Shown: positions 1 to 8,135 of the stretch, piece by piece
Numbering within the stretch: position 1 is the first letter of the stretch
Layout of the letters: every line of letters begins with the position of its first letter
From: Candidatus Omnitrophota bacterium
GTDB lineage: Bacteria; Omnitrophota; Gorgyraeia; Tantalellales; Tantalellaceae
Reading direction: 5' to 3'
NCBI GenBank assembly: GCA_043819235.1
Contig: JBDRFA010000124.1
Span: forward strand, 1-38,369
DNA length: 38,369 bases
The notes under the pieces: model-generated
Databases searched by the model: none
What the model saw: only the letters and a program-made list of their open reading frames with translations
Told to the model about the DNA's origin: nothing
Translations under genes and position numbers: made by a program

Positions 1-8
1 AGTCGGAT

Positions 9-36
9 CGTCGCTCGTCGCTTGTCTCTCGTCGCT
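9..36. repeat. 7-nt tandem array (CGTCGCT-type) just downstream of the tilS stop
   Basis: Plus strand reads cgtcgct (9-15), cgtcgct (16-22), tgtctct (23-29), cgtcgct (30-36). It abuts the tilS stop at 40-42 and may continue beyond the window edge. Confidence 0.6.
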
Positions 37-39
37 CGA

Positions 40-1065
40 TCATCGGCTGTCATCCCGTGATTTCAACATGAACGTAAGCCTGCCGTTATCCTTGACGGCC
101 TTTATGCCCCCGGGAAGGTCGAGGGAACTGTTCTTTTCCGCGGTACGGAGAAAACAGTCCAGGTCCATCCAGTGCCTGTACGTAAGCCCTTTGATATCGC
201 CTCCCGCCTTTCTGAACAGTTCTTTGAATATCTCTTTTCTCACCGTCTTCTGCTGAAGGATGATATCCTTGACCTTTATCCCGGGCGTTTCCGACGGCAC
301 ATCGGCATATTTGCCTGTGTTCTTACTCATTTCCCCCTTAAGGAAGATAAGGTCTTCCCTTAAAGTGTCGGATATATTGACGAGCGAACGTTTTATCCGC
401 GGGTTGTATTTTTCAAGGAACGGCAGGATCTCACGGCGGATACTGTTCCTCTTGAGCCTCACATCACGGTTCGTGCTGTCTTCCACGTATCCCAGGCCGG
501 ACCCTTCCAGAAAATCCAGTATTTCCCGCCTCTCTACCCTTATCAGCGGCCTGATGATCCTCACCTCGCCGTCTTCCCGGACCGGTGGTATACCCGTTAT
601 CCCCGAAAGTGAAGAACCGTAAATTATCCTCATAAGCACCGTTTCGGCCTGATCGTCCATGGTGTGCCCCGTCGCGATGACGTTGCACCCTTCCCTGAGG
701 GCCGACTCGCGAAAGAACGCGTACCGCTTTTCCCGGGCGCGTTCTTCCAGCGACGCGCCTTTTTTTCCGGGCGGCCTGACGTCGATCTTCTTATATACGA
801 GCCCAACACCCAGCTTTCCGCAAAGCTCTTTCACGAAAGACGAATCCCTCGCGCTTTCCGCGCCGCGGAGGCAGTGGTCCATGTTCCCCACGATCACATC
901 TATTTTGACGGACCGGCGGATATCAAGCAGCGCCTTCAGCAGGCACACGGAATCCGCCCCGCCGGATACGGCCGCAAGGACCCTGTCCCCGTCGTCCAGC
1001 ATATCATACTGCTTTACGGTATCCCGCACCCTTTTCAAAAAAGCCGAACATGACAACCGTTTCAT
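40..1065 (-). CDS. tilS: tRNA(Ile)-lysidine synthase
   Basis: PP-loop motif SGGADS close to the N-terminus (LAAVSGGADSVCLL) and TilS-like overall layout. I trimmed the track ORF 40..1227 to the ATG at 1065 (MKRLSC...), because the longer form overlaps queH. Confidence 0.85.
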   Translation of the reverse strand: MKRLSCSAFLKRVRDTVKQYDMLDDGDRVLAAVSGGADSVCLLKALLDIRRSVKIDVIVGNMDHCLRGAESARDSSFVKELCGKLGVGLVYKKIDVRPPGKKGASLEERAREKRYAFFRESALREGCNVIATGHTMDDQAETVLMRIIYGSSLSGITGIPPVREDGEVRIIRPLIRVERREILDFLEGSGLGYVEDSTNRDVRLKRNSIRREILPFLEKYNPRIKRSLVNISDTLREDLIFLKGEMSKNTGKYADVPSETPGIKVKDIILQQKTVRKEIFKELFRKAGGDIKGLTYRHWMDLDCFLRTAEKNSSLDLPGGIKAVKDNGRLTFMLKSRDDSR

Positions 1066-1075
1066 ATTATCACTC

Positions 1076-1669
1076 CTATGCCTTGCTACTTGACCCTTGA
1101 CCCTGTCTTTTTTTATCCCTCGCGGCTTTATCCTCCCTCTTATACTTCTCTTCCAGGCTGTATACGCATCCGCAATAACATTGTTTGTACAGTCCCCATT
1201 CACGGGCAAGCTCCATTGTTCTTTCATATCCGCCTTTTTTCTTGAAATCCGCGCAGATAAAACGGGTTTCGTCTATTTCCCTTCCTATACGGTTCACGTT
1301 GGCCACATCTTTGTGCGGGCTGACTGTCAGCGTCGTCGTGAACCTGTCGAACATCTTCTTCCTGAGATACTCATATGTTTTCTTTAACCGCATCTCGAAA
1401 CATATATCGCACCGTGCCCCGCCCTCGGGCGCGTACTCCTTACCCTTGACCGCCAGGAACCAGTTCTCGCGGTCATACGGCCCCTCTATGAACTCGACGC
1501 CCCACTCTTCGGCGACTTTGCGGGCCGCTTCCAGGCGTTTCCGGTACTCATCGACGGGATGGATGTTCGGGTTATAAAAATAACATGTCACCTCAAACCC
1601 GTCGCACTTCAACCTTTCCACTACCGAAGAAGCGCATACACCGCAGCATACATGCAATAAAGCTTTCAT
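1076..1669 (-). CDS. queH: epoxyqueuosine reductase QueH (DUF208 family)
   Basis: N-terminal LLHVCCGVC, an internal CDICF motif and a C-terminal YKQCYCGCVYS Cys cluster, at the typical size of about 197 aa. Confidence 0.8.
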   Translation of the reverse strand: MKALLHVCCGVCASSVVERLKCDGFEVTCYFYNPNIHPVDEYRKRLEAARKVAEEWGVEFIEGPYDRENWFLAVKGKEYAPEGGARCDICFEMRLKKTYEYLRKKMFDRFTTTLTVSPHKDVANVNRIGREIDETRFICADFKKKGGYERTMELAREWGLYKQCYCGCVYSLEEKYKREDKAARDKKRQGQGSSSKA

Positions 1670-1698
1670 ATCGCCCCCTTACAACGCGCCTTCCCGGT

Positions 1699-1740
1699 CA
1701 CCATCCACTATCCACCATTCACGATTCACTATTCACCCTC
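1699..1740 (-). repeat. 7-nt tandem array, GTGAATN family (plus strand CACNATY)
   Basis: Six consecutive heptads: caccatc, cactatc, caccatt, cacgatt, cactatt, caccctc. The array ends at the rnz stop codon (1740-1742) and lies upstream of queH. Confidence 0.8.
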
Positions 1741-2654
1741 TACACCTCCACCGTTAGAAAATCTTCGGCGAGGGTCATGTTTTTGTGTTTTTCTACCAGC
1801 GCTCTCAATTGCCCGGAGTCCTGGTATCTCCTGCTCACATGCGTAAGGACGGTCTTTTTAACGCCGGACTCCTCTACCATCTTTACGATCTCAGGCAGGG
1901 ATGAATGGCCGTATATTTTCTCCCCGGCGCAGTTATCGAAATAAGTGCAATCCTGTATCAGGAGGTCCGCGTCTTTCGCCAGTATTCTCAGGTTATCACA
2001 GATCTCGGTATCCCCGGAATAAACGACCTTTTTCCCCTTCTTTACGACCGAAATATCACCGAGAACGATACGCCGCCCGCCGAACGCGATCTCACCTTTC
2101 TCCTTTATCTCCTTATATATCTCTCCCTGTTCAGGCAAACCCAGGGCGGCCGCTTTTTCGCGGTCGATACCGGCTTTGTCTTTTTCCATAAAAGCGTATG
2201 ACACCGACGGTATATTGTGTTTGCCCGGTATGGATACGATCCGGAACCGGCCGGCGTCAAGGAGGGTAGCCGGCTTTTTCCCTTTCGCGGGGACGTTATG
2301 CGCCTTGACCCTGAAATCTCCGAAGGAATAACTGAAACCCAGGCACCGCCTGAGACGCGACACTTCCGGAGCGTAAATATCGAGAGATTCCTTCCGGCCT
2401 TCAAACCCCATGGTGTCGACGAGGCCCGGCAGGCCCAGGCAATGGTCCCCGTGCCAGTGCGTTATGAAGACGCTTTTTATTTTCATGATATTCAGCCCGG
2501 CCTTCATCATCTGCCTCTGTGTCCCTTCCCCGCAGTCGAAAAGGCAGTTAAATGTCTTCTCATCGCCGTAACCGACATGTATCGCCGTATGGCCCCTCTC
2601 GACCGTAGGCACACCGGCGGTAGTACCCAGCATAGTGATCCGTATTTTCGACAT
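1740..2654 (-). CDS. rnz: ribonuclease Z (metallo-beta-lactamase fold)
   Basis: LGTTAGVPT, FDCGEGTQRQ and the HWHGDH (HxHxDH) motif at short-form RNase Z length. GGAGGAG RBS upstream of the ATG at 2654. Confidence 0.8.
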   Translation of the reverse strand: MSKIRITMLGTTAGVPTVERGHTAIHVGYGDEKTFNCLFDCGEGTQRQMMKAGLNIMKIKSVFITHWHGDHCLGLPGLVDTMGFEGRKESLDIYAPEVSRLRRCLGFSYSFGDFRVKAHNVPAKGKKPATLLDAGRFRIVSIPGKHNIPSVSYAFMEKDKAGIDREKAAALGLPEQGEIYKEIKEKGEIAFGGRRIVLGDISVVKKGKKVVYSGDTEICDNLRILAKDADLLIQDCTYFDNCAGEKIYGHSSLPEIVKMVEESGVKKTVLTHVSRRYQDSGQLRALVEKHKNMTLAEDFLTVEV

Positions 2655-2669
2655 ATCTCCTCCGTATCA

Positions 2670-2750
2670 GTGGATCGTGAATCGTGAATCGTGAATCGTG
2701 TGGACCATCTGCCCACCATTCACCATTCACGATCCACCATTCACGATCCA
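2670..2750. repeat. inverted pair of GTGAATC heptad arrays (long imperfect hairpin)
   Basis: Left arm 2670-2700 is GTGGATC followed by (GTGAATC)x3 and GTG. Right arm 2714-2750 is CACCATT, CACCATT, CACGATC, CACCATT, CACGATC, which is the reverse complement of the same heptad family. The epimerase stop codon (2741-2743) lies inside the right arm. Confidence 0.85.
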
Positions 2751-3694
2751 GAGCCTTTCCGTTCCTTCCAATGGCGGACTGTTCGGCGCAGGGCTTCTTC
2801 TGTTGGGACGGAAGGCGCGTATCCCAGGATCTCGCGTGACCGGGAAATATCGTAGGCCCGGTCCTTTCCTATGGATCCTATCTTTTTTCTCAAAAAAGGC
2901 ACGGCCGCCAGGATCCGCACAACCCATGCCGGTATTACGGGCGGATACCCTTTGCCGAGTTCGTCGTAGATAAGTTCCACGAATTTCCTTAATGTTATGG
3001 CCTCTTCATCCGCCACGATGAACGTGCCCTGAAGGGCCGCGTCGTTTTTGAGCGCGAGGATAAGCGCCTGGACGACGTTCCCGACGTAACCCAGCTGAAG
3101 TTTCGAGTCCATCGCCGGCACGTCGAGGACCGGTATGCGCCTCGATGACGCCAATTTCAGGATCCTGCCCAGCGCATGCGGTTCTTCTTCGCCGTAGATC
3201 ATGCAGGGCCTGATCATCACGGCTTTAAGGCCCTTTTCCCTGTATTCCGCCACTATCCTTTCAGCCTCCAGCTTCGACTGGCCGTACGCGTTGTTCGCCC
3301 TGCGGGGCATATCGTCCGTCAGGGGCGTTTCCCTGTTCCCGCTGACCACCGCGACGGAACTTAAGTAGATGAGCCGCCCTACATCCGCCCTGAGGCACGC
3401 TTCACAGATATTGCGCGTGCCTGTGACGTTCGTCCGGAAGAGCCTGGATTCGTCCTTTTCCATAACGGAAGCGGCGCAATGAAAAACGGCTTCGGGACGG
3501 TTACGGGCGAACGCTTCAAGGACCGCCCCGGCATCTGTTATATCACAGTTTACCAGAGTTACGCCCGCCTTTTCAAGGAACGCGGTGTCGCTTGTCACCC
3601 TGACGGTACAGGCCACCTCATGGCCCTCCTCAAGCAGGCGTTCAACAAGGCGCTTCCCGATAAAACCGGTCGAGCCCGTTACGATCATCCTCAT
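2741..3694 (-). CDS. NAD-dependent epimerase/dehydratase family protein (extended SDR)
   Basis: GSTGFIGKRL Rossmann motif at the N-terminus and a YGQSK (YxxxK) catalytic motif. I trimmed the track ORF to the ATG at 3694, which forms an ATGA overlap with the upstream stop. Confidence 0.75.
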   Translation of the reverse strand: MRMIVTGSTGFIGKRLVERLLEEGHEVACTVRVTSDTAFLEKAGVTLVNCDITDAGAVLEAFARNRPEAVFHCAASVMEKDESRLFRTNVTGTRNICEACLRADVGRLIYLSSVAVVSGNRETPLTDDMPRRANNAYGQSKLEAERIVAEYREKGLKAVMIRPCMIYGEEEPHALGRILKLASSRRIPVLDVPAMDSKLQLGYVGNVVQALILALKNDAALQGTFIVADEEAITLRKFVELIYDELGKGYPPVIPAWVVRILAAVPFLRKKIGSIGKDRAYDISRSREILGYAPSVPTEEALRRTVRHWKERKGSGS

Positions 3695-3966
3695 TTCCCT
3701 TCCACCCGCCTGTTCCTGAACTTCCTGATAACTATATACAGACAAAGTACGAACGATAGACAGTTCGACATTATGATCGGAAATTCCCCGATCAGGATAC
3801 CGTATACGAACCACAACAGGATACCGCTGGTAAGGATAATATACATCCACAGCGAAATATCCCTGGTCTGCCCGGTCTTGACTATCTTCAAGATCTGCGG
3901 CAGGAACGATACCGTAGTACACAGCCCCGCAACGACCCCTATCAACCCTATGTGAACACCCTGCAT
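3691..3966 (-). CDS. SemiSWEET / PQ-loop sugar transporter
   Basis: 91 aa with three TM helices. The motif TTVSFLPQILKIVKTGQTRDIS followed by LLWFVYGIL matches the bacterial SemiSWEET signature. ATG at 3966 is preceded by a GGAGGAGGAG RBS. Confidence 0.85.
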   Translation of the reverse strand: MQGVHIGLIGVVAGLCTTVSFLPQILKIVKTGQTRDISLWMYIILTSGILLWFVYGILIGEFPIIMSNCLSFVLCLYIVIRKFRNRRVEGK

Positions 3967-4030
3967 ACTCCTCCTCCTGAAATACTCTCTCAAATCCAGC
4001 TCTTCTCTTGCTAGCCAAATATTACAGATC

Positions 4031-4127
4031 ATCCGAACGGGGACGACCGCTATGCTCCTACCGGGGGCCCCTCCGCCCGGTGTGGATCCTCCCCCGTACG
4101 GAGCATAGCGCTCATCCCCATTCGGAT
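4031..4127. repeat. conserved-core/variable-arm hairpin element, copy a (core inverted relative to the others)
   Basis: Inner arms cgctatgctcc (4048-4058) and ggagcatagcg (4100-4110). Outer arms atccgaacgggga (4031-4043) and tccccattcggat (4115-4127), with one mismatch. The core at 4059-4099 is a close reverse-complement variant of the core in copies b-d. Confidence 0.8.
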
Positions 4128-4194
4128 ATACCCGTATCAATTTATCCCATTTTCGCGGGAACGCCTGGCGTGGGTGTTCCCCCTTATCACCCGG

Positions 4195-6165
4195 TTATTG
4201 CTCCAGCATCTTTTTCAGCTTGCCTATCTGGTCTCGGCACACGATGGCTTTTTCGAACTGGAGGTTTCTCGCGGCAAGTTCCATTTCGTATTCCAGTTGT
4301 GAAATAACCTCATGAATGTCATATTCCTCTTCGCTGATATTCACCACACCTTTGACTATCTCCTTAGCGGCCTTGTATGATTCTATGCCTTCCTTGACGG
4401 CGCTGATGATAGTTTCGGGGGTTATGCCGTGTTCCTCGTTGAACTTCTCCTGTTTTTCTCTCCTCGCGTTCGTAACATCGATGGTCTTTTCCATGGATCC
4501 CGTCATCTTGTCGGCGTAGAATATCACTTCCCCGTTCACGTTCCGCGCCGCCCTGCCCGCTACCTGTATCAGCGAGGTATGGCTGCGGAGAAACCCTTCC
4601 TTATCCGCGTCGAGGACGGCTACAAGGGAGACCTCCGGCAGGTCAAGGCCCTCCCGGAGCAGGTTGATACCGACCAGGCAATCGAACTCGCCCATCCTGA
4701 GGTCCCGTATTATCTCTATGCGGTCCAGCACGTTTATCTCGGAATGCATGTACCTCACCCGGAGCTTCATCTCGGCGAGATACCGGGTGAGTTCCTCGGC
4801 CATACGTTTGGTCAGGGTGGTTACGAGTGTCCGTTCGCCTTTCGCGGCGCGCTTTTTCACCTCATCGATAAGGTCATATATCTGGTTTTCGGTGGAACGG
4901 ACAATGATAAGAGGGTCAACCAGGCCCGTCGGGCGTATTATCTGCTCGGCCACCATGGAACTTCCGGATATCTCATAATCGCCCGGCGTGGCGGAAGCGT
5001 ACAGGATCTGTTTCGTGATGCCCAGGAACTCCTCGAACTTGAGCGGCCTGTTGTCCAGCGCCGAAGGCAGACGGAACCCGTAATCGACAAGCGTCTTTTT
5101 CCTCGCCTGGTCACCGTTATACATGGCCCGGAGCTGCGGCAGGGTAACGTGCGACTCGTCTATGACGACCAGGAAATCGTCGCCGAAATAATCGATAAGG
5201 CACCACGGCCTCGAGCCCGCCGGCCGTGCCGAAAGGTGACGGGAATAGTTCTCGATGCCGTTACAGTAACCCAGTTCGCTCAGCATTTCCAGGTCATACT
5301 TTGTCCTCGTCGCGAGCCTCTGGGCCTCCAGGGCCTTTCCTTCTTTCCTGAGTTCCTCAAGCCTTTCTTCCAGTTCTTCCGAAATGGACACAACGGCCTT
5401 TTTTATCTTGTCTTCCGTCGTGACAAAATGTTTCGCCGGATAGACCGATACCCTGTCCAGGTCCGCGATCACTTCTCCCGAAACGGGATGCACCTCGGAT
5501 ACGCGGGTGACCGTATCACCGAAGAACTCCACCCTGAAAACCGTCTGCTTATAGGATGGCAGTATCTCGACCACATCGCCCCTCACCCGGAACTTTCCGC
5601 GCTGGAGCTCTATATTACTGCGTTCATACTGTATATCCACCAGCCGCTTCAGCAATTCTTTCCTGGCCAGGCCCTGCCCTTTTTCCACCTTGACCAGCAT
5701 ACCCGCGTAATCCTCCGGGGACCCCAACCCGTAAATGCAGGAGACGCTCGCCACTATGAGCACGTCCTTCCGCGAAAAAAGCGAACTGGTAGCGGACAGC
5801 CTGAGCCGGTCGATATCCTCGTTTATGGAAGCGTCCTTTTCGATGTACACGTCCGTCTGCGGCACGTACGCTTCAGGCTGGTAATAATCATAGTAGCTGA
5901 CAAAATACTCGACGGCGTTCTTCGGGAAAAACCCCTTGAATTCGGCGTAAAGCTGAGCCGCCAGGGTCTTGTTATGCGAGATGACCAGGACCGGTTTATT
6001 CAGGCGTTCCACGATATTCGCTATAGTGAACGTCTTCCCGCTCCCGGTGACCCCCAGAAGCGTCTGCGCCGGCGCACCCCGGCGGATAGAACCGGCCAGT
6101 TTATCGATAGCCTCAGCCTGATCCCCCGCGGGTTTCAGATCGCTAATAAGTTGAAATCTATCCAT
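4195..6165 (-). CDS. uvrB: excinuclease ABC subunit B
   Basis: GVTGSGKT Walker A, helicase motifs and a C-terminal UVR domain (ELAARNLQFEKAIVCRD). 656 aa. Confidence 0.97.
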   Translation of the reverse strand: MDRFQLISDLKPAGDQAEAIDKLAGSIRRGAPAQTLLGVTGSGKTFTIANIVERLNKPVLVISHNKTLAAQLYAEFKGFFPKNAVEYFVSYYDYYQPEAYVPQTDVYIEKDASINEDIDRLRLSATSSLFSRKDVLIVASVSCIYGLGSPEDYAGMLVKVEKGQGLARKELLKRLVDIQYERSNIELQRGKFRVRGDVVEILPSYKQTVFRVEFFGDTVTRVSEVHPVSGEVIADLDRVSVYPAKHFVTTEDKIKKAVVSISEELEERLEELRKEGKALEAQRLATRTKYDLEMLSELGYCNGIENYSRHLSARPAGSRPWCLIDYFGDDFLVVIDESHVTLPQLRAMYNGDQARKKTLVDYGFRLPSALDNRPLKFEEFLGITKQILYASATPGDYEISGSSMVAEQIIRPTGLVDPLIIVRSTENQIYDLIDEVKKRAAKGERTLVTTLTKRMAEELTRYLAEMKLRVRYMHSEINVLDRIEIIRDLRMGEFDCLVGINLLREGLDLPEVSLVAVLDADKEGFLRSHTSLIQVAGRAARNVNGEVIFYADKMTGSMEKTIDVTNARREKQEKFNEEHGITPETIISAVKEGIESYKAAKEIVKGVVNISEEEYDIHEVISQLEYEMELAARNLQFEKAIVCRDQIGKLKKMLEQ

Positions 6166-6183
6166 ACCTGGCCTTGTTGCTGG

Positions 6184-6234
6184 AACTTAGATCCCTCGAC
6201 TTCGCGCCCTAAGGGCGCTCCGCTCGGGATGACA
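6184..6234 (-). repeat. start-proximal box element, long form (upstream of uvrB)
   Basis: Plus strand aacttagatccctcgacttcgcgccctaagggcgctccgctcgggatgaca. Apart from the 3-nt hairpin loop it is identical to 25925-25975. It ends 18 nt from the uvrB ATG. Confidence 0.85.
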
Positions 6235-6301
6235 AAACATTTTAAAACGGTTGAATGCAAAGCCCCATTATACCTCATCTGAGAAACTTTCTTCTCAAGG
6301 A

Positions 6302-6339
6302 GGGCCGGGTATCCTAAGCCGGGCCGGGTATCCCAAGCC
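6302..6339. repeat. tandem 19-nt direct duplication
   Basis: gggccgggtatcctaagcc (6302-6320) and gggccgggtatcccaagcc (6321-6339) differ at one position and run into the left arm of hairpin copy b. The unit resembles the 3' part of the conserved core (ggcccgggtagg). Confidence 0.8.
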
Positions 6340-6420
6340 GGGGTCGGCTGCTATGGCCCGTACCGGGAGGATCCACACCGGGCGGAGGGGCCCGGGTAGG
6401 GCCATAGCAGCCGGCCCCGG
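6338..6420. repeat. conserved-core/variable-arm hairpin element, copy b
   Basis: Arms ccggggtcggctgctatggcc (6338-6358) and ggccatagcagccggccccgg (6400-6420): 21 bp with one G-T pair. The core is cGTACCGGGAGGATCCACACCGGGCGGAGGGGCCCGGGTAg. Confidence 0.85.
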
Positions 6421-6455
6421 CGCCACGTACCGCAGGGAACGCCTGTACCGGACCG

Positions 6456-7349
6456 TCAGCGGTTCAATAGGACTTCGAGGCTGAAATCTACCGGGCGTAC
6501 GGAGCCTGTGATAGAGCCTGAAGAGATGATGTCCACGCCCGTGGACGCGTAATCCGCGATATTGTCGCGGGTTATCCCGCCCGAGACCTCGAAAAACACT
6601 TTCCCTTTAAGGCCCTTCTTTTCCCGCATATCGACAGCGTCCCTGATCATGGACGGTGACATGTTGTCCAGCATGATAACGTCGGGGCGCTCTTCAAGAG
6701 CGTACTCGCACTCTTTAAGGGTCTCGACCTCTATTTCTATCCGGATATTTTTCTGCACCGCGCCCCTCACCCGGCGGATGATCTCCTTTATGACCGTACG
6801 GGTGTCGCGGGTCCTGATCTGCATTTCAAAAGCCCGCAAATGGTTGTCCTTTATAAGGACCATGTCCCACAACCCTTTCCTGTGATTAACCCCGCCGCCG
6901 ACGGTAACGGCGTATTTCTGGAGATACCTGTGTAACGGGATCGTCTTACGCGTGTCGTATATCCTGACACCCGTGCCTTCGACAAGGCTTACCAGTTCAC
7001 GCGTCGAGGTAGCGGCGCCGCTTAAAAGCCCCAGGAAGTTCAAAGCCGTCCTTTCCGCTTTCAATATGGACAGCGCTTTCCCTTCCACAAAGGCGATCTC
7101 CTGATCCGGGGCGATATTGTCGCCGTCCTTCACCTGGGGCCGGAATTTCAGGTCCGTGTCGACCGCGGCAAAGACCCTCTCGACGATATCCATACCGCAA
7201 ATCGTGCCTTTCCCCCTAGACAGGATGACCGCGTCGATGACCGACGCCTCATCGATGACCGATCGGGACGTGATGTCCCCGGTCCATATATCTTCTTTAA
7301 GCGCGAACCGTATTATCGTGTCTATCCTCTTCCGGTCCAAACGATCCAT
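6456..7349 (-). CDS. nadC: nicotinate-nucleotide pyrophosphorylase (carboxylating)
   Basis: ALKEDIWTGDITS at the N-terminus, then ERTALNFL and IMLDNM motifs. The track start at 7355 is TTG. I prefer the ATG at 7349, but either is possible. Confidence 0.9.
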   Translation of the reverse strand: MDRLDRKRIDTIIRFALKEDIWTGDITSRSVIDEASVIDAVILSRGKGTICGMDIVERVFAAVDTDLKFRPQVKDGDNIAPDQEIAFVEGKALSILKAERTALNFLGLLSGAATSTRELVSLVEGTGVRIYDTRKTIPLHRYLQKYAVTVGGGVNHRKGLWDMVLIKDNHLRAFEMQIRTRDTRTVIKEIIRRVRGAVQKNIRIEIEVETLKECEYALEERPDVIMLDNMSPSMIRDAVDMREKKGLKGKVFFEVSGGITRDNIADYASTGVDIISSGSITGSVRPVDFSLEVLLNR

Positions 7350-7351
7350 GA

Positions 7352-8077
7352 TCAAGCCCCTCTCTTGGCCTTCTTCAGCTTTGCCACCTCTTCGGCGGTA
7401 AGTGCCCGGTGTTCGCCCGGTTTCAGGGACCCCAGCGTGAGCCCGGCGTATCTTACCCTGGCCAGGTCCACTACCCTGGCGCCCGCGGCTTCGAACATCA
7501 TCCTTATCTGCCTCTTCCGCCCCTCGTGCAGGATTATCCTGTATACCTCCCCGCCGGGATCCGTTCTCACGAATTTTATTTTACACGGCGAGGTTCTTTT
7601 CCCCTCTATATCTATGCCTTTTTCCAGACGACGTATGTTCCTTTCCGGGACCCGCGGCCCGACCACCGCCAGGTATTCTTTTTCTATCTCGAAAGAAGGA
7701 TGGGAAAGCTTATGAGTAAGGTCCCCGTCATTGGTCACAAGGAGGATACCCGTCGTATCTTTATCCAGACGGCCCACCGGGTAGAGCCGCGCGGTAACGC
7801 CTTTAAAATAATCCGACACTTTCCTGCGGCTGTGCGTATCGGTGACCGTGGAAATAACACCACGCGGCTTGTTGAAAAGAAAATAATACTTTTTCTCCTC
7901 GCGGGATATAACGCGCCCCTCGGCCTCTATCTCATGGGCCGACGGGTCTACCCGGAACCCCTTTTCGGTGACCACGGCCCCGTCTACCTTGACCTTCCCG
8001 TCTTCGATAAGCTCCGCCGCGCGCCGCCGGGAAACCACCCCCGCGTGCGCCAATACTGTCTGCAATCTCTTGTCCAT
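7352..8077 (-). CDS. rluB: pseudouridine synthase, RsuA/RluB family, with S4 domain
   Basis: S4 region RLQTVLAHAGVVSRRRAAELIEDGKVKVDG and catalytic VGRLDKDTTGILL. I trimmed to the ATG at 8077, because the longer track ORF runs into an inverted-repeat arm. Confidence 0.85.
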   Translation of the reverse strand: MDKRLQTVLAHAGVVSRRRAAELIEDGKVKVDGAVVTEKGFRVDPSAHEIEAEGRVISREEKKYYFLFNKPRGVISTVTDTHSRRKVSDYFKGVTARLYPVGRLDKDTTGILLVTNDGDLTHKLSHPSFEIEKEYLAVVGPRVPERNIRRLEKGIDIEGKRTSPCKIKFVRTDPGGEVYRIILHEGRKRQIRMMFEAAGARVVDLARVRYAGLTLGSLKPGEHRALTAEEVAKLKKAKRGA

Positions 8078-8135
8078 AAGTTTAATCGATCCCTGTTTTC
8101 CAACCGGCCATAGACCATATTTGTACGTCTTGTAT

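Noticed and set aside
2670-2750. The heptad arrays as a CRISPR array.
   Set aside because: The repeat unit is 7 nt and contiguous, with no spacers. No 25-40-nt repeats alternate with unique spacers, and there are no cas genes in the window.
2741-4018. N-terminal extensions of track ORFs: 40-1227, 2741-4018, 3691-4140, 7352-8152, 17737-18762, 21444-22007, 29034-29510, 34538-35305, 35101-36720.
   Set aside because: The extensions overlap the upstream gene or read through intergenic repeat elements. Conserved N-terminal motifs and good RBS sequences mark internal ATGs. Several of the track starts are TTG or GTG.
4429-6282. Long plus-strand ORFs: 617 aa at 4429-6282, 517 aa at 11295-12848, 392 aa at 23374-24552, 330 aa at 32403-33395, 322 aa at 35509-36477, and many shorter ones.
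   Set aside because: Each lies antisense to a minus-strand gene with unmistakable conserved motifs (uvrB, cimA, lepA, trpC/F, trpE). Their translations are low-complexity and Arg/Pro/Gly-rich with no motifs. These are typical shadow ORFs of GC-rich coding DNA.
6238-6300. A uvrB promoter and SOS box: a perfect TATAAT on the minus strand (complement of 6267-6272) and a nearby AGAAA-N-TTTCT mini-palindrome.
   Set aside because: The best -35 match (TTGAGA) is 20 nt away, which is poor spacing. The palindrome matches neither the CTGT-N8-ACAG nor the GAAC-N4-GTTC LexA consensus. I mention it only as a weak lead.
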